Shown here one piece after another: positions 40,540-51,508 of a stretch of DNA of 64,000 nucleotides. The position numbers and the translations under genes are program-made. The notes beneath the pieces were generated by a model. That model saw nothing but the letters and a program-made list of their open reading frames with translations, did no database searches and was not told the DNA's origin. The stretch spans positions 64,792 through 128,791 of the forward strand of contig CAVXUZ010000004.1 in assembly GCA_963765125.1 (NCBI GenBank), in the 5' to 3' direction. The DNA is from an uncultured candidate division WWE3 bacterium (GTDB lineage: Bacteria; Patescibacteriota; WWE3; UBA101185; UBA10185). Each line of letters begins with the position of its first letter. Positions within the stretch are counted from its first letter, which is position 1.

Positions 40540-41476
40540 TAATAATATTGTATACGTTTTGTAAAGCGTTGTCTTGTGAAATATCGACCCAATAGTCTAC
40601 CTTCATTTTCTTAAAATAAGTCTGTTGGCGCCTAATGTAAGCGTGTATAGCAAATTTTGTTCTTTGAATTGCCTCTTCTTTTGTTATTTTTCCATCCAAG
40701 TGCTCAGCAGCCTCTTTGTATACCAGCCCGTGGAGTTTATCGGATGTTTTGTATTTTGATTCAAAAAGTATTTTTACCTCTTTAAGAACCCCGTCTTCCC
40801 AAATTTGATCTACCCACGCGTCTGCTTTTTTATAAAGGTAGTCTCTCGTGGCGGTAAACCCAATTGTTATAAACTCATAATTACTTTTTATACTCGGCAG
40901 CTCTATTATTTTTTCTTTTACAAGTGAATTTTTCTCAATTGCTCGAATTAATCTCGCGGGATTATTTTTATCAATTTTCTCAAATTCTTCTGCATTTAGA
41001 CGTTTGAGTTTTCTTTGTAGAGTAATAAGACTTAGTTTTGATAATTTGGCGCGCAGTTTTGGGTTGGGTTCTATTTGCGCAGGGGCTGCCTTACCGGTAA
41101 GCATGTCGATATAGAATCCGGTTCCCCCTACGATAAGTGCACTTTTTTTCGCCTTGACCAACTCGTTTATCTTATTAATGGCGTATTTTGCAAACTCGAA
41201 CGAAGAGAAGTACTCTTTTGGGTCAACCAAATCATAGCCCCACACTTTTACATCGTCAAAACACCAAAAACCAGCCCCCTTAATAACCTTCAATTCCTTA
41301 TTTGTTGGAATTTTTCCTGTACCTACGTCCATATACTTATAAACCTGCCTAGAATCTGCAGAAATAATTTCACTATTAAAATCTTTGCACAGTTTTATTG
41401 CAGTGGATGTTTTACCGGACGAGGTAGGACCAAGCAATATAAATATTTTTACCTTCTCTTTTTTGTTTGTTTCCAT
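40532..41476 (-). CDS. miaA: tRNA dimethylallyltransferase
   Basis: P-loop GPTSSGKTS and the ISADSRQVYKYMDVGTGK motif. Confidence 0.85.
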   Translation of the reverse strand: METNKKEKVKIFILLGPTSSGKTSTAIKLCKDFNSEIISADSRQVYKYMDVGTGKIPTNKELKVIKGAGFWCFDDVKVWGYDLVDPKEYFSSFEFAKYAINKINELVKAKKSALIVGGTGFYIDMLTGKAAPAQIEPNPKLRAKLSKLSLITLQRKLKRLNAEEFEKIDKNNPARLIRAIEKNSLVKEKIIELPSIKSNYEFITIGFTATRDYLYKKADAWVDQIWEDGVLKEVKILFESKYKTSDKLHGLVYKEAAEHLDGKITKEEAIQRTKFAIHAYIRRQQTYFKKMKVDYWVDISQDNALQNVYNIING

Positions 41477-42663
41477 ACTTTGGTTAGTTCTGCATGTCTT
41501 CTTTTTTTCTCTTCGCGAGAAACGTCATCTTTATAGAACTTTTCTGCAGGAGTACCTTTTCTCGGTGAATAAATACTAATAAAGGCTACGTTAAACTTAA
41601 TTTTCTTAAATAATTTTATTGTCTCGTTAAACTGAGCGACCGTCTCTCCAGGAAATCCAACAATAATATCTGTACCAAATTCAATTGCGGGTTTTGCCTT
41701 TTTAATCTCACTAATAAGTTTATAAAATTCTTCTATTTTGTGTCGCCTATTCATTTTTTTAAGTATTTCGTTACTTCCTGACTGTACCGCTATATGCAAA
41801 TAATTAGAGATCTTTGGTAATGAAATTGCTTCAATCAAATCTTTTGTAAAATCAAAAGGGTTTGATGATAAAAACTCAATTTTAGTCACGTTCTCAAGTT
41901 TATGGATGTTTCGCAGTAAATTCGCAAACGGCAGTTTTTTGTTGCTACCAGCACGTATTTTGAATTTTTCCGTCGTAGGTAATCCCCATGAGTTTACGTT
42001 TTGACCACACAATGTAAATTCGGTGTAACCCCTAATAATCAACCTGTTTATCTCGTCAACTATCTCTTTCTCGCTGCGAGAAATTTCTTTGCCACGCGCG
42101 TAGGGCACCACACAGTAGGAACAAAAATTATCACACCCATAAGAAATGTTTACGTAAGCATGCTTACTATCGTTTTGTCTCAACTCAATATTTGAAAGGC
42201 TCAAAGAGCCGGCAGTTTTATTATCGATTATTTTATTTTCAATCAAAAGTTGCGGCAAATCATTTATTTGCGAGGGGTTCATATATAAATCTACCCACGG
42301 TGTTTTTTCATTCAGCTCTTTAAATTCGTACCTTTGGCGCTCGCCCGTTACCGAGCCAACCATACAACCTGAAAGAATCGTAAATGGAACTTTTTTATTT
42401 AAATCTTTTATTGCTTTGAGGGTTTTACCAAGGCCGTACACTTTATCTTCACTTTTTTGTCTTACTGAACATGTGTTAATTATAAAAATTGCGGATTTTG
42501 GAAGTAAATCTAAAAACTCGTCTTTTTCATTGAGGTATTTTTTCTTTGGTATGACAGCCTCAAAACCCAATGCTTCAAGAATTCCAGCCATTTTGCTTGA
42601 ATCTGCAATATTGGCTTGGCAACCGTAAGTTTTAATATAATAAGTTTTTGGATTGTATTTCAT
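41449..42663 (-). CDS. miaB: radical SAM methylthiotransferase (MiaB-like)
   Basis: N-terminal MTTase Cys triad (YGCQAN...C...C), radical SAM CDNFCSYC, and a TRAM-like C-terminus. Adjacent to miaA. Confidence 0.75.
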   Translation of the reverse strand: MKYNPKTYYIKTYGCQANIADSSKMAGILEALGFEAVIPKKKYLNEKDEFLDLLPKSAIFIINTCSVRQKSEDKVYGLGKTLKAIKDLNKKVPFTILSGCMVGSVTGERQRYEFKELNEKTPWVDLYMNPSQINDLPQLLIENKIIDNKTAGSLSLSNIELRQNDSKHAYVNISYGCDNFCSYCVVPYARGKEISRSEKEIVDEINRLIIRGYTEFTLCGQNVNSWGLPTTEKFKIRAGSNKKLPFANLLRNIHKLENVTKIEFLSSNPFDFTKDLIEAISLPKISNYLHIAVQSGSNEILKKMNRRHKIEEFYKLISEIKKAKPAIEFGTDIIVGFPGETVAQFNETIKLFKKIKFNVAFISIYSPRKGTPAEKFYKDDVSREEKKRRHAELTKVWKQTKKRR

Positions 42664-42676
42664 TTTGTGATTACCC

Positions 42677-43381
42677 CTACTGCTTGGTTACACTAACAAG
42701 TTTTCCTACTATTATCAATCTGTTAAGCGTGGTACCAGGGGGCCAGCAGGTCATCAATGTTGCTTTGTCTTCTTTGGTAGGTTCGGTGAGGTAAGTTATT
42801 TGATCTGGATTTACGATACTTTTTTCATTTACTTCGTACTTATAGATAACCTCATCTTTTACGAGATAAAAAACATCCTCATTTTCTAGTTTGTGAAGCA
42901 AGTAAAAAACTGAGTTATAACGATTTGCATTATAAAAATTGTCTGATGAATGAGCAAAGAGAAATGTATTGCCGCCCTGCTCTGGCAAAGGCGAGCCTTT
43001 TGCGTGTGCCACACCCTGTGTGAGCCTCTGCTGATATTCTTGAGAATTATACGGATCTACGTCTTGTACTACTTTAGAATTAGCACCTATTTTTGGCACT
43101 ATAATACTAAAATCCTTATCAACGGGGGCAATTTTATCTTCATCAATAACCGCAGCAATATCAGAAAGAACAATTTCTTTATCGGCGACTTTACCTGGGC
43201 GAGAAAATATATAGCTTGCCTCTTCTTTCAAGATCGGTGAAAACACAGCCACAAAAATTAATGCTGAAAGAAAAACGAGAATAACGCCGGTCCTTATAAA
43301 GGACTCGGCGATTCTCTCATTAGCTAAACTAGATTTGGTAGATTTATTTTTTCTGGTTTTTAATCTTTTTTCTGAGGACAT
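42677..43381 (-). CDS. sortase (Cys transpeptidase)
   Basis: N-terminal TM, catalytic His region, the TLMTCWPPG active-site Cys motif, and a conserved Arg further downstream. Confidence 0.8.
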   Translation of the reverse strand: MSSEKRLKTRKNKSTKSSLANERIAESFIRTGVILVFLSALIFVAVFSPILKEEASYIFSRPGKVADKEIVLSDIAAVIDEDKIAPVDKDFSIIVPKIGANSKVVQDVDPYNSQEYQQRLTQGVAHAKGSPLPEQGGNTFLFAHSSDNFYNANRYNSVFYLLHKLENEDVFYLVKDEVIYKYEVNEKSIVNPDQITYLTEPTKEDKATLMTCWPPGTTLNRLIIVGKLVSVTKQ

Positions 43382-44309
43382 TTAGTAACACCAATGCTAA
43401 CAATATTAGCACAGCCCAAAATACTTTACTCTTTAAAAGCCCTCCTCCAAGATCATCGGTAACCTCTTCGCCCATCGTAGCATCTTCTGACTCAGTGCCT
43501 TCACCTAAAACCTCACCAACAACAGAACCTTCTTCGCCAGTCTGCTCACCTAAGATACTTCCACCCTCAGTAGGAATGGCTCCTTCGGTTACTTCTGTTC
43601 CTTCGTCGGTTGTTTCTGTAGTAATAGTTTCGATGTCATCTACCTCTTGGACACGCACGTCTGATGGATTACCAAACGAGTCAAATGCTCTGGTGGCAAA
43701 AAACCAATCCTTATCGCAATCTGTCCCATACACCTCGTAATCAAAATCGTACTCCTCGTCAGGACCCATACTGTAATCTTTGATCTTGCTACCATCGTTT
43801 ACTTCGATATTTAAGTCATCGTCAGCATAGACCTCAATCTTTGCTGTACCCCCATCTGAATGAGTTTTGACTTCAATTTCGTATTTGCATGAGTTTACTT
43901 TGTTGACTTCGATGTGTCTTGGTCTTTCAGGACCTTCACCGTCGTAATCGACTGTAACTTCGTCGGAGTCTACTACTTCATCCGGGCTATCAGCTGCGGT
44001 TGCAACAACTTTAAACTTGTAAGAACCTTCTTCTGTAAGTTCGCTACTTGTTACATCACAAATCTCTGAGTCACCGCCACTACCAAGTGGGTAGACTGGC
44101 CCAAAATCTGAAAATCCACCTTCGCTTGGTCTTTGCATAAAGCATTGTGCTGACACTTGTCTGTCCAATAAATCTTGAACAACAAAAGTGATACCAAATG
44201 GTCTATTTGCGGTTGCTGCAGGCTCTTCTATTCTCACAAGCAACGCGGCTGCGTTAGCTTTTGGTGAAAAGATGAATGCTCCAAGAATCACCAACCCAAA
44301 TACTTTCAT
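43344..44309 (-). CDS. secreted membrane-tethered protein (second reading unit of the 43344-47924 ORF)
   Basis: Starts with a signal peptide-like MKVFGLVILGAFIFSPKANA 9 codons after the KKK tail of the upstream sorting signal. Ends with GGGLL + TM + RKKIKNQKK. As sequenced it is in frame with the upstream part, with no stop between them. Confidence 0.45.
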   Translation of the reverse strand: MKVFGLVILGAFIFSPKANAAALLVRIEEPAATANRPFGITFVVQDLLDRQVSAQCFMQRPSEGGFSDFGPVYPLGSGGDSEICDVTSSELTEEGSYKFKVVATAADSPDEVVDSDEVTVDYDGEGPERPRHIEVNKVNSCKYEIEVKTHSDGGTAKIEVYADDDLNIEVNDGSKIKDYSMGPDEEYDFDYEVYGTDCDKDWFFATRAFDSFGNPSDVRVQEVDDIETITTETTDEGTEVTEGAIPTEGGSILGEQTGEEGSVVGEVLGEGTESEDATMGEEVTDDLGGGLLKSKVFWAVLILLALVLLNVLRKKIKNQKK

Positions 44310-47300
44310 TCCAAGACTAAATTTCGGCAGGGTAATCTTTTTCTTCATGAGTAAAACTCCCATCAAAATATTTACTAAGCCGATTATTAGAGCAATGAAC
44401 GCGGCGTATATCCAATTTGTGTCTGAACCTGTTGCAGGTAAGAATGTTGAAGCACCGAGTACTTCACCAACTACGATCTTGTTTTCTTCAACGTCAATTT
44501 CTGCTGCGTCTGGTTCTATGTAGTTTAGAACCAGTACATCGGTTCCAACAAAGTTAGTTCCAACATCAGCAGGTACCGCTACGGCAAGTACCGTATCCCC
44601 AACAATGTTTTCTCCTTTTGCCCATGCAAGATCTTTGTATTTTCCTGAATCAGTGCCATCCTGAACAGTTCCAATGTAGGTCAAGGTGATTACCTCATTC
44701 TCTTCTATTTCACCAAGAGACCATGTACCTGGAGAGGCGTATGTGGGTTCTGTTAATAAGCCTGCTAAATTGCCGTGGACACTTGAAGTACCAGTCCAAC
44801 TTGAGGACATATACTTAATGTTGTCTGGTAACAAGTCTGTTAAGTTAACACCAAAAACAGATCCTCTCAAAGCTTTTATTGTCATAGTGAAGATAATGCT
44901 ATCTCCTGACGCTACTGGTGTACCGCCTGTGTCGTTGGATTTGGTAATTTGTAGTTCTACGTCTGTAGGTACATTACCAAATGGATATTCAGGGGCGTAA
45001 ACAGCATTTTGAGAAACTGCAAATCTGTTTGGGTTATTGTCTGGAATAGTTACATCGTGGCAACCTCCACGAGCTGGGTAGGTTTGTTGCCATCCTTCTT
45101 TTTCTATTTCGCAAACCCTGTAGGTACCTGGAATTAAGTCTTCAAACCAATACCAACCAAAGTGCTCACTTTGAGGATCGTCTTCTGTGGTTGTTCGTGG
45201 TTCTCCATCGTCAAGGTCGCCGTTTAGGTTTTCGTCGATGTAAATTGTCCAATCACCAAGCAGCTCTTCGCATTCTTGAGCAGGTTGAGGATCAATTTCG
45301 GTCATAAGACTTCTCAGCAAGGGTGATGATACCTCCGTATTACTTACATCGCAGCTATTAAAATCTCCATCGGCGTTACTATCTAACCACTTGTATCCAT
45401 GGATATCACCTGTTGGCACGTTCCATGCTATGCAAGTGTACGTTTCACCAAAACTTACCTTATCAATCCTATCCCAGTTATCGTAGTTTAATGCATCAAC
45501 GTGACAGTACATTTCGGCACTCACATTATTGCTATTACCGCCCTCAATACCGTAGGTAAAGGGTATATAGCCTTCTTGCCAAACCTCTCTCATCCAAAGG
45601 TTACTCGATGCTGTTACCTCATCTCTTGATAAAGATACGGTTGCTAAACCACTTGAGTCTGTTGGGCCAAAAGTATGCCATTTTGGATTTGATGAGACCC
45701 CAGTATTGTCTCCAGGATTTGGTGCAGTTGGTGTACCCCATTGGAACAACCAACTTGGTTCAAAGTAACAATGACCTTCACTAGTATCTACCCAATTCTG
45801 AGCAATAGACTGTGTTATAGGTGTTTGCCTCCCGTTTAAAGATCCGCCTCTTCCCCAGTTCGGTAAATAGGATTCGTCATCACACATTATTTTATATGCG
45901 TTTATTGTTATGGTAGGAGGTATGAAGGTATTTGTTACGGTTGCTGTTGCTACTTGACCCTCAGCTACGCCAACTGTTTCGGACTCTATAAGCACCGTCC
46001 ACTCGCCACCAGGGTTTGTTTCAAGTACACGATATGAACCTGAAGCAAGGTTGTCCCATGTAAGTACACCGCCGTCATAATCTATACTCTTGCAATCTCG
46101 AGAGTCGCTGTCTACTGGTGATACACAAATTTGAAAGTATCTGCCAGTGTTTGGTGATGTGCCGCTCCAGTCAACTACTTTTGTTACTTCTAAACTTCCT
46201 GTTTTTGTGGCAATTGAGACACTATCTACTCTAAAATACTCGTCATCTTGTGAAGCATCGTTTCTAAACCTCAAACTAAAAACCTTATTGTCCAAAACGT
46301 TAGGCAAGTCATACGATTCGTTGTTCCAAGACATATCACTTAATCGGTGTCTTTCAAGCTCTGTCCAACCAGTTGTACGGTCACAAGTAGTACCGAGCTG
46401 GTATTCAACCCTACCATAGTCGTTAGATTCTGCGTCTTCGTCACCATTCCAAAAATAAGAAAGAGCAAGATTATTCAGTCCAACAGCTGAGAACGCACGG
46501 CAGATAAAACCATCTTCACCAATTTTTGCATATTTTCCATCTATCGGCGCGTTTTCACCAGATCCGCTGTGAATCACAGCTGGTTCGTTTTCTGGCCAAT
46601 CAGGTACGCTGTTACTTTCTGAGGTGCCAAATGATTCGAAAAATGGTATAGCGGTAGATGATACTACTGTAATTCCATTTGTGAGTGTCTCTACGCCCGA
46701 ACTACCTCCACTGCAACCGTTACTACCATAAGCACGGAAAGATATATCGTAAATTCCCACTGTACTTGGTGCGGTCACGCTAAAGTTATAACTATGATAG
46801 CCGGAATAACCAAAATTTGGCCCATCCAAGCATACTGGGCTTTGCCCTTCGATTGCGTACCTGAGAGATTGCCAATTATTATTTGAGGGCGACCCATCAG
46901 TACCAACCCTCAAAGTCGCCTGGACAGACTCTCCAGGGTAAGCAATTACTTGTGTAGCTCCACTAAACTCTGGAAATAAGGTCAAATTCGCCCAAACTAT
47001 CCAAATAGAAAAGTGGTCCAAATCTTTTACTGTAACAGTGCTGTCATCACCTTCTATTTTTTCTTCTTCAATATCTTTAATGTCATCTTTGGTGATTTCT
47101 TCGTCTTTTTCTTTTTCAATGTAAGAAACGTCGGTGTCCACCATTTCATCATTTGGTAGGGTTAGCTCATACACAAAAGAGCCTTCCTCCATATCTGTAT
47201 CAATATCGTATGCGTAGGGAGTCGCAGACATATAACCTTCTGGGAGGTTAAGTTCTTCAATTGCGATTCTCTCAATTTTTAAATTCGATCTCTGCTCTTC

Positions 47301-47924
47301 ATTAGTAGGAAGACAGGTGAAAGTTACCGAAACTTCGGTGTTAAGTGGAAATTCATATTTTTTACCAAGTTCTACCTTGTTTACTGTCTCTGCCTTTTCT
47401 TCGTCAACAGCCCAATCAGACTCTGTTGAAGAATTAATAGGCTCATCCTCGTTAAAACAAACTGTGCTTTCCTCTTCTTCTACGTTAGTACCTTCGGCAT
47501 CTACTGGTGCCAGATCTTCTTCAAGTACTTGCTCACCTTCTGCCGCAGGTTCTTCCGTTACAGGTTCCTCATCCGCAGGCTCTTCAATAACTTCCTCTGG
47601 TGTGCCCTCTTCTATAACTTCGATTGCCGCGTCTTCAGGATTGTCAGAAGCAAGCTCGTCTTCTTGCTCTTCAACTGCAGGCTCTTCCTCCACAGTCGCC
47701 TCTTCTTCCTCTACCGGCTCTTCCTCAGCGGCTGGTTCCTCCTCCGAGGCAGACTCCTCCCCTGTCGTCTCATCTTCGCTTGAAACTTCTTCAACGGTAC
47801 CTTCTTCTGTAGAAAGATCTTCCGCGTATACGATTAGCAGTGGTTGAGACAAATTTATAATAAGGGAAAAAGTAGCTAGAAAACTGATAAGCTGGTTGCC
47901 TATCTTTTTTATTATTTTTTTCAT
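44310..47924 (-). CDS. LPXTG-anchored giant surface protein with CnaB-like domains (sortase substrate)
   Basis: Signal peptide, acidic E-rich low-complexity region, and CnaB-like G[ST]YRV.E motifs. Classic sorting signal LPATG + TM (WIYAAFIALIIGLVNILMGVLLM) + KKK, ending at about 44337. The stop is missing as sequenced, probably because of a 1-nt indel in the A-run at 44334-44345. Confidence 0.6.
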
Positions 47925-48039
47925 ATTTTTAGCACGGTGCAGACGAGCACGGCAGAACTTTAATACTTGGCAGTAATAATATATTTATAGGCTTACAAAA
48001 TGCGTTTGTCAAATATAGATTGGGATGTTTGCAGTTGTT

Positions 48040-48375
48040 CTACTTAACTTTTACACCGTTTTCTACAGGCTCTTTTGGGGTTATAAGGACGGGCTTTTCT
48101 TCACCTGCGTCAACAGCCATTATCATACCCTGAGACTCGAGTCCCATCATTTTTCTAGGGGCTAGATTAACAACAAACAGCACTTGCTGTTCAACAAGTT
48201 CGGCTGGCTGATACCACTTTGCGATTCCAGAGAGTATCTGGCGCTCGCCAAAACCCCCAAAATCAACTTTCAGCTTTAGTAATTTTTCTGATCCTTCTAC
48301 AGGAACGCATTCTTTTATTGTTCCCACGCGCATTTCTACTTTTGCAAAGTCTGAGATTTCAATTGTGTTTTCCAT
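48040..48375 (-). CDS. tRNA-binding protein (CsaA/Trbp111-like)
   Basis: KVEMRVGTI...HPDADKLYV-type OB-fold signature, read here as VEMRVGTIKECVPVEGSEKLLKLKVDFGG...GMIMAV. Confidence 0.65.
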   Translation of the reverse strand: MENTIEISDFAKVEMRVGTIKECVPVEGSEKLLKLKVDFGGFGERQILSGIAKWYQPAELVEQQVLFVVNLAPRKMMGLESQGMIMAVDAGEEKPVLITPKEPVENGVKVK

Positions 48376-48456
48376 CACCAAATAATACAACACAATGCCA
48401 GATTTAAGAATTTCTCGTTGACGTAGCGCCAAAAATCAATTATTATACTGCTCGTT

Positions 48457-48609
48457 ATGCCTAAAAGAGTTTGGCAACCAAAAAAAGTCAAAAGAGTCAA
48501 AAAACACGGCTTTCTAAAAAGAATGTCCACTCCAGGTGGAAAAAGAGTCATTAGAAGAAGGCTTGCTAAAGGCAGAAAAAAGCTCACAGTTTCTTACAAC
48601 GGCAAGTAA
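48457..48609 (+). CDS. rpmH: 50S ribosomal protein L34
   Basis: Manual translation of [50 protein letters not shown]. Not in the ORF track because it is under 60 aa. Confidence 0.9.
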   Translation: MPKRVWQPKKVKRVKKHGFLKRMSTPGGKRVIRRRLAKGRKKLTVSYNGK

Positions 48610-48611
48610 AA

Positions 48612-48959
48612 TTGATGTTCAAAAAAGAAAATCGACTTTCCACAAATTTTGAGTTTAATATCACACGAAAATACGGCAGTAAGTATCAAGGTGATTCTTT
48701 CTATTTTTACGCTTTAAAACCAACTAATTACGAAGGCCCTTCAAAGATTGGCTTTGTTGTTTCGAATAAAATTGACGATAGTGCCCCAAAAAGAAATCGT
48801 CTAAAAAGACTTTTTCGTGAGGCGTTTAAACCTCATTTTCAAAGCTTTCCACAAAATTATTGGGTAGTAGTGCACCCAAAGTCGACAAGTTTAGAAAAAT
48901 CATATGAAGAAATTTGCGCTGACGTTAATCAAGTTTTATCAAAAGTTTCTTTCTCCTGA
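48612..48959 (+). CDS. rnpA: ribonuclease P protein component
   Basis: Basic 115-aa protein with the RNR motif [12 protein letters not shown]. Directly after rpmH. Confidence 0.8.
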   Translation: MMFKKENRLSTNFEFNITRKYGSKYQGDSFYFYALKPTNYEGPSKIGFVVSNKIDDSAPKRNRLKRLFREAFKPHFQSFPQNYWVVVHPKSTSLEKSYEEICADVNQVLSKVSFS

Positions 48960-49119
48960 GAATTTTGGTATTCATACCTGCCGTTTTGAACCTAGCTGTT
49001 CCCGTTATGCTTATACTGCGATAGAAAAGTATGGTGTGGTAAAGGGCACTGTTATGGGGGCTTACAGAATTTTGAGGTGTAACCCATTCAACAAGGGAGG
49101 GCACGATCCGGTTAAATAG
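48904..49119 (+). CDS. yidD: membrane protein insertion efficiency factor YidD
   Basis: [11 protein letters not shown] and GHDPV motifs. Overlaps the rnpA 3' end, as is typical. Confidence 0.8.
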   Translation: MKKFALTLIKFYQKFLSPENFGIHTCRFEPSCSRYAYTAIEKYGVVKGTVMGAYRILRCNPFNKGGHDPVK

Positions 49120-49159
49120 TTTGCAATTTTTCGTTTATTTCGTAAAATAAACCCTGACT

Positions 49160-49933
49160 ATGCTAAGTACTATATATAATACAATTTTGGTCAATCCACT
49201 TTTTAACCTTTTGGCGATTTTTTATGAATATATTGGTAGTTTAGGTTTCTCTATTATAGGACTCACACTATTCATCAAAATAATTACAATTCCCGTTATG
49301 GCACCCTCGTTGAAATCAATGAAAAAGCAGCGAGAACTTCAACCAGAACTTGAAAAATTAAAGGCTAAGTTTAAATACGATAAAAAAATGCTCGCCGAGA
49401 AACAAATGGCATTAATGAAACAGCACGGGCTAAACCCTGCAGCTGGGTGCTACACGATGATTATCACAATTCTAATCTTTACCGCCCTCTATACAACTAT
49501 TCAGCAAATTACAAATGTCTCTGATGTTGCTGCTATAAATGCAAGGGTATATTTTGAAATGTTTAAGTTTGATTCGCTTGAGCCATTAAAGCAGATGTTT
49601 TTCTATCTCGATCTTGCTAAACCTGACCCTTATTATATTCTCGCAATTCTTGCCGGTATAACACAGCTTGTAGTCGCGAAGATGAGTATGCCCTATGTTG
49701 AAACCGGTGTGCAAGCAGCTAAGAAAACTCCTGACAAGAAAGATGACATAGCATATAATATGCAAAAGCAGTCCCTCTACATTATGCCTGCAATGATGGC
49801 AGTGTTGGGAGCAAGCATGCCCTCGGGTGTCATCATCTACATCATTACATCGACACTCTTCTCAATTGGCCAAACCTATTTTACAAATGGGCTGGGCGGT
49901 TTACAGTCTTGGATAGTAAGAAAGAATAAGTAA
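49160..49933 (+). CDS. yidC: membrane protein insertase YidC (short form)
   Basis: Five-TM core with no periplasmic domain, plus a basic C-tail (WIVRKNK). Conserved position after yidD. Confidence 0.8.
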   Translation: MLSTIYNTILVNPLFNLLAIFYEYIGSLGFSIIGLTLFIKIITIPVMAPSLKSMKKQRELQPELEKLKAKFKYDKKMLAEKQMALMKQHGLNPAAGCYTMIITILIFTALYTTIQQITNVSDVAAINARVYFEMFKFDSLEPLKQMFFYLDLAKPDPYYILAILAGITQLVVAKMSMPYVETGVQAAKKTPDKKDDIAYNMQKQSLYIMPAMMAVLGASMPSGVIIYIITSTLFSIGQTYFTNGLGGLQSWIVRKNK

Positions 49934-50379
49934 TGTCAAAAGCTATTATTGAAAAACATTTAAAAGAGATATTAGGACATATAAAAGTATCACCAAAAAT
50001 TAAAATTGAAGAAGATGGAGAAGCATTCAGAATTGATATTGAAGGCGACGACCTAAACTTTTTAATCGGCTACAGAGGTGAGTCTTTAGAAGCCTTGCAA
50101 AATATTCTTGGTCACGCAGTTTTTAAAGAAGAAAAAGACTGGATTCCCATTACGGTAGACATCAACGGCTACAGAGCCAACAAACTAGAAAAAATTGACG
50201 AGATGGTCAAAAGTTTTGTCGACCGTGTCAGGTTTCACCAGAAGGAAATGAGATTGCCCCCTCTTACTCCTTACGAAAGACGCCACGTTCACACACTTAT
50301 CGCTGACTATATAGATATAGAAAGCGAAAGCAAAGGTGAGGGCGCAAATAGGAGATTATTCCTAAAACCAAAAAATTAG
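49933..50379 (+). CDS. jag: Jag/KhpB RNA-binding protein (KH + R3H)
   Basis: C-terminal R3H-like LPPLTPYERRHVHTL. Sits after yidC in the canonical position. Confidence 0.7.
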   Translation: MSKAIIEKHLKEILGHIKVSPKIKIEEDGEAFRIDIEGDDLNFLIGYRGESLEALQNILGHAVFKEEKDWIPITVDINGYRANKLEKIDEMVKSFVDRVRFHQKEMRLPPLTPYERRHVHTLIADYIDIESESKGEGANRRLFLKPKN

Positions 50380-50392
50380 TAAGGAAAAATAA

Positions 50393-51508
50393 ATGAAATT
50401 TACCTGTCTTCAAGAGAATTTATCAGACGCTTTAAATAAAGTTTATCGTGCAGTCCCTACTAAAAGCGACCTCCCAATACTTTCAAATATTTTAATCTCC
50501 GCCGAAGACAACAGAATAAAAATTTCAGCAACAAACTTATCTACAACAATAGTTACACACATGGGTGCCTCAATTGAAGAAGAAGGCAAAATTACCGTAC
50601 CGGCAAAAATGCTAAAGGAGTTTATTTCAAATCTCAGCTCGAGCTCTATTGAAGCAACTCTCAAGGATGACGTTTTACAAATTAAATCAGATGCAACAAA
50701 ATCTAAATTTAACGGAGTTTCGGCAGAAGATTTTCCTGACCTTCCCGAGGAGAGAAAAGATTTAAAAACAATAGAGATTAAACCAGCAGAGTTTTTTAAT
50801 GCAGTTAGCGCTGTTGCCTTCTGTGCTTCACTCGACGACAGCAGACCGGTGTTTACCGGAATTTATATGAAGTTTAACGGCAGTGACATTACAATGGCTT
50901 CAACAGATGGGTTTAGGCTTTCTGAAATTAAATTTTCTGTAGATAATAAAAATGAGCCGTTTTCAGTAGTTATTCCCGCAAAAACGTTGTTAGATGTTTC
51001 ACGTGTGTTTAGCAGCAACGACATACCTATTATATTTACGCTCGATAAAAACGATAACTTAGCAATTTTCAAACAAGATGAGACACTTATCGCTACGAGA
51101 ATACTCGATGGTGAGTACCCTGACTACACAAAAATTATTCCTAAAGACACTTCTGTTAAGGCGGAGTTTGAAACTTCTGACTTTATGGAGGCTGTAAAAC
51201 TTACCGATATCTTTGCAAAGGAAGCGGACAGCGCTTTGGTGATGAAAATTTCTCCAAAGGGAGCAATTGAAATTGGCGCGCAAGCTCAAGAAACTGGGGA
51301 GCACAGAAGTAAAATAAAAGCAGATGTGACAGGTGAGGAAGAAGTAGAAATTGGATTTAATTCAAAATACTTATTAGACTTTTTGAACAATAATAAAGAA
51401 GCCAGACTTTCGGTAAGCACAGGTGGCAGTACTTCACCCTGTCTGTTTATTCCAATAGGTGTAGAAAACTACAAGCACATTATTATGCCTATGCAAATTC
51501 ACGGTTAA
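50393..51508 (+). CDS. dnaN: DNA polymerase III beta sliding clamp
   Basis: 371 aa with the three-domain beta-clamp N-terminus MKFTCLQENLSDALNKV...LPILSNILI. Confidence 0.9.
   Translation: MKFTCLQENLSDALNKVYRAVPTKSDLPILSNILISAEDNRIKISATNLSTTIVTHMGASIEEEGKITVPAKMLKEFISNLSSSSIEATLKDDVLQIKSDATKSKFNGVSAEDFPDLPEERKDLKTIEIKPAEFFNAVSAVAFCASLDDSRPVFTGIYMKFNGSDITMASTDGFRLSEIKFSVDNKNEPFSVVIPAKTLLDVSRVFSSNDIPIIFTLDKNDNLAIFKQDETLIATRILDGEYPDYTKIIPKDTSVKAEFETSDFMEAVKLTDIFAKEADSALVMKISPKGAIEIGAQAQETGEHRSKIKADVTGEEEVEIGFNSKYLLDFLNNNKEARLSVSTGGSTSPCLFIPIGVENYKHIIMPMQIHG

Noticed and set aside
47317-47847. Ser-rich 176-aa ORF and neighbouring short ORFs on the plus strand
   Set aside because: They are the antisense translation of the GAA/GAG-rich acidic low-complexity region of the LPXTG protein gene.
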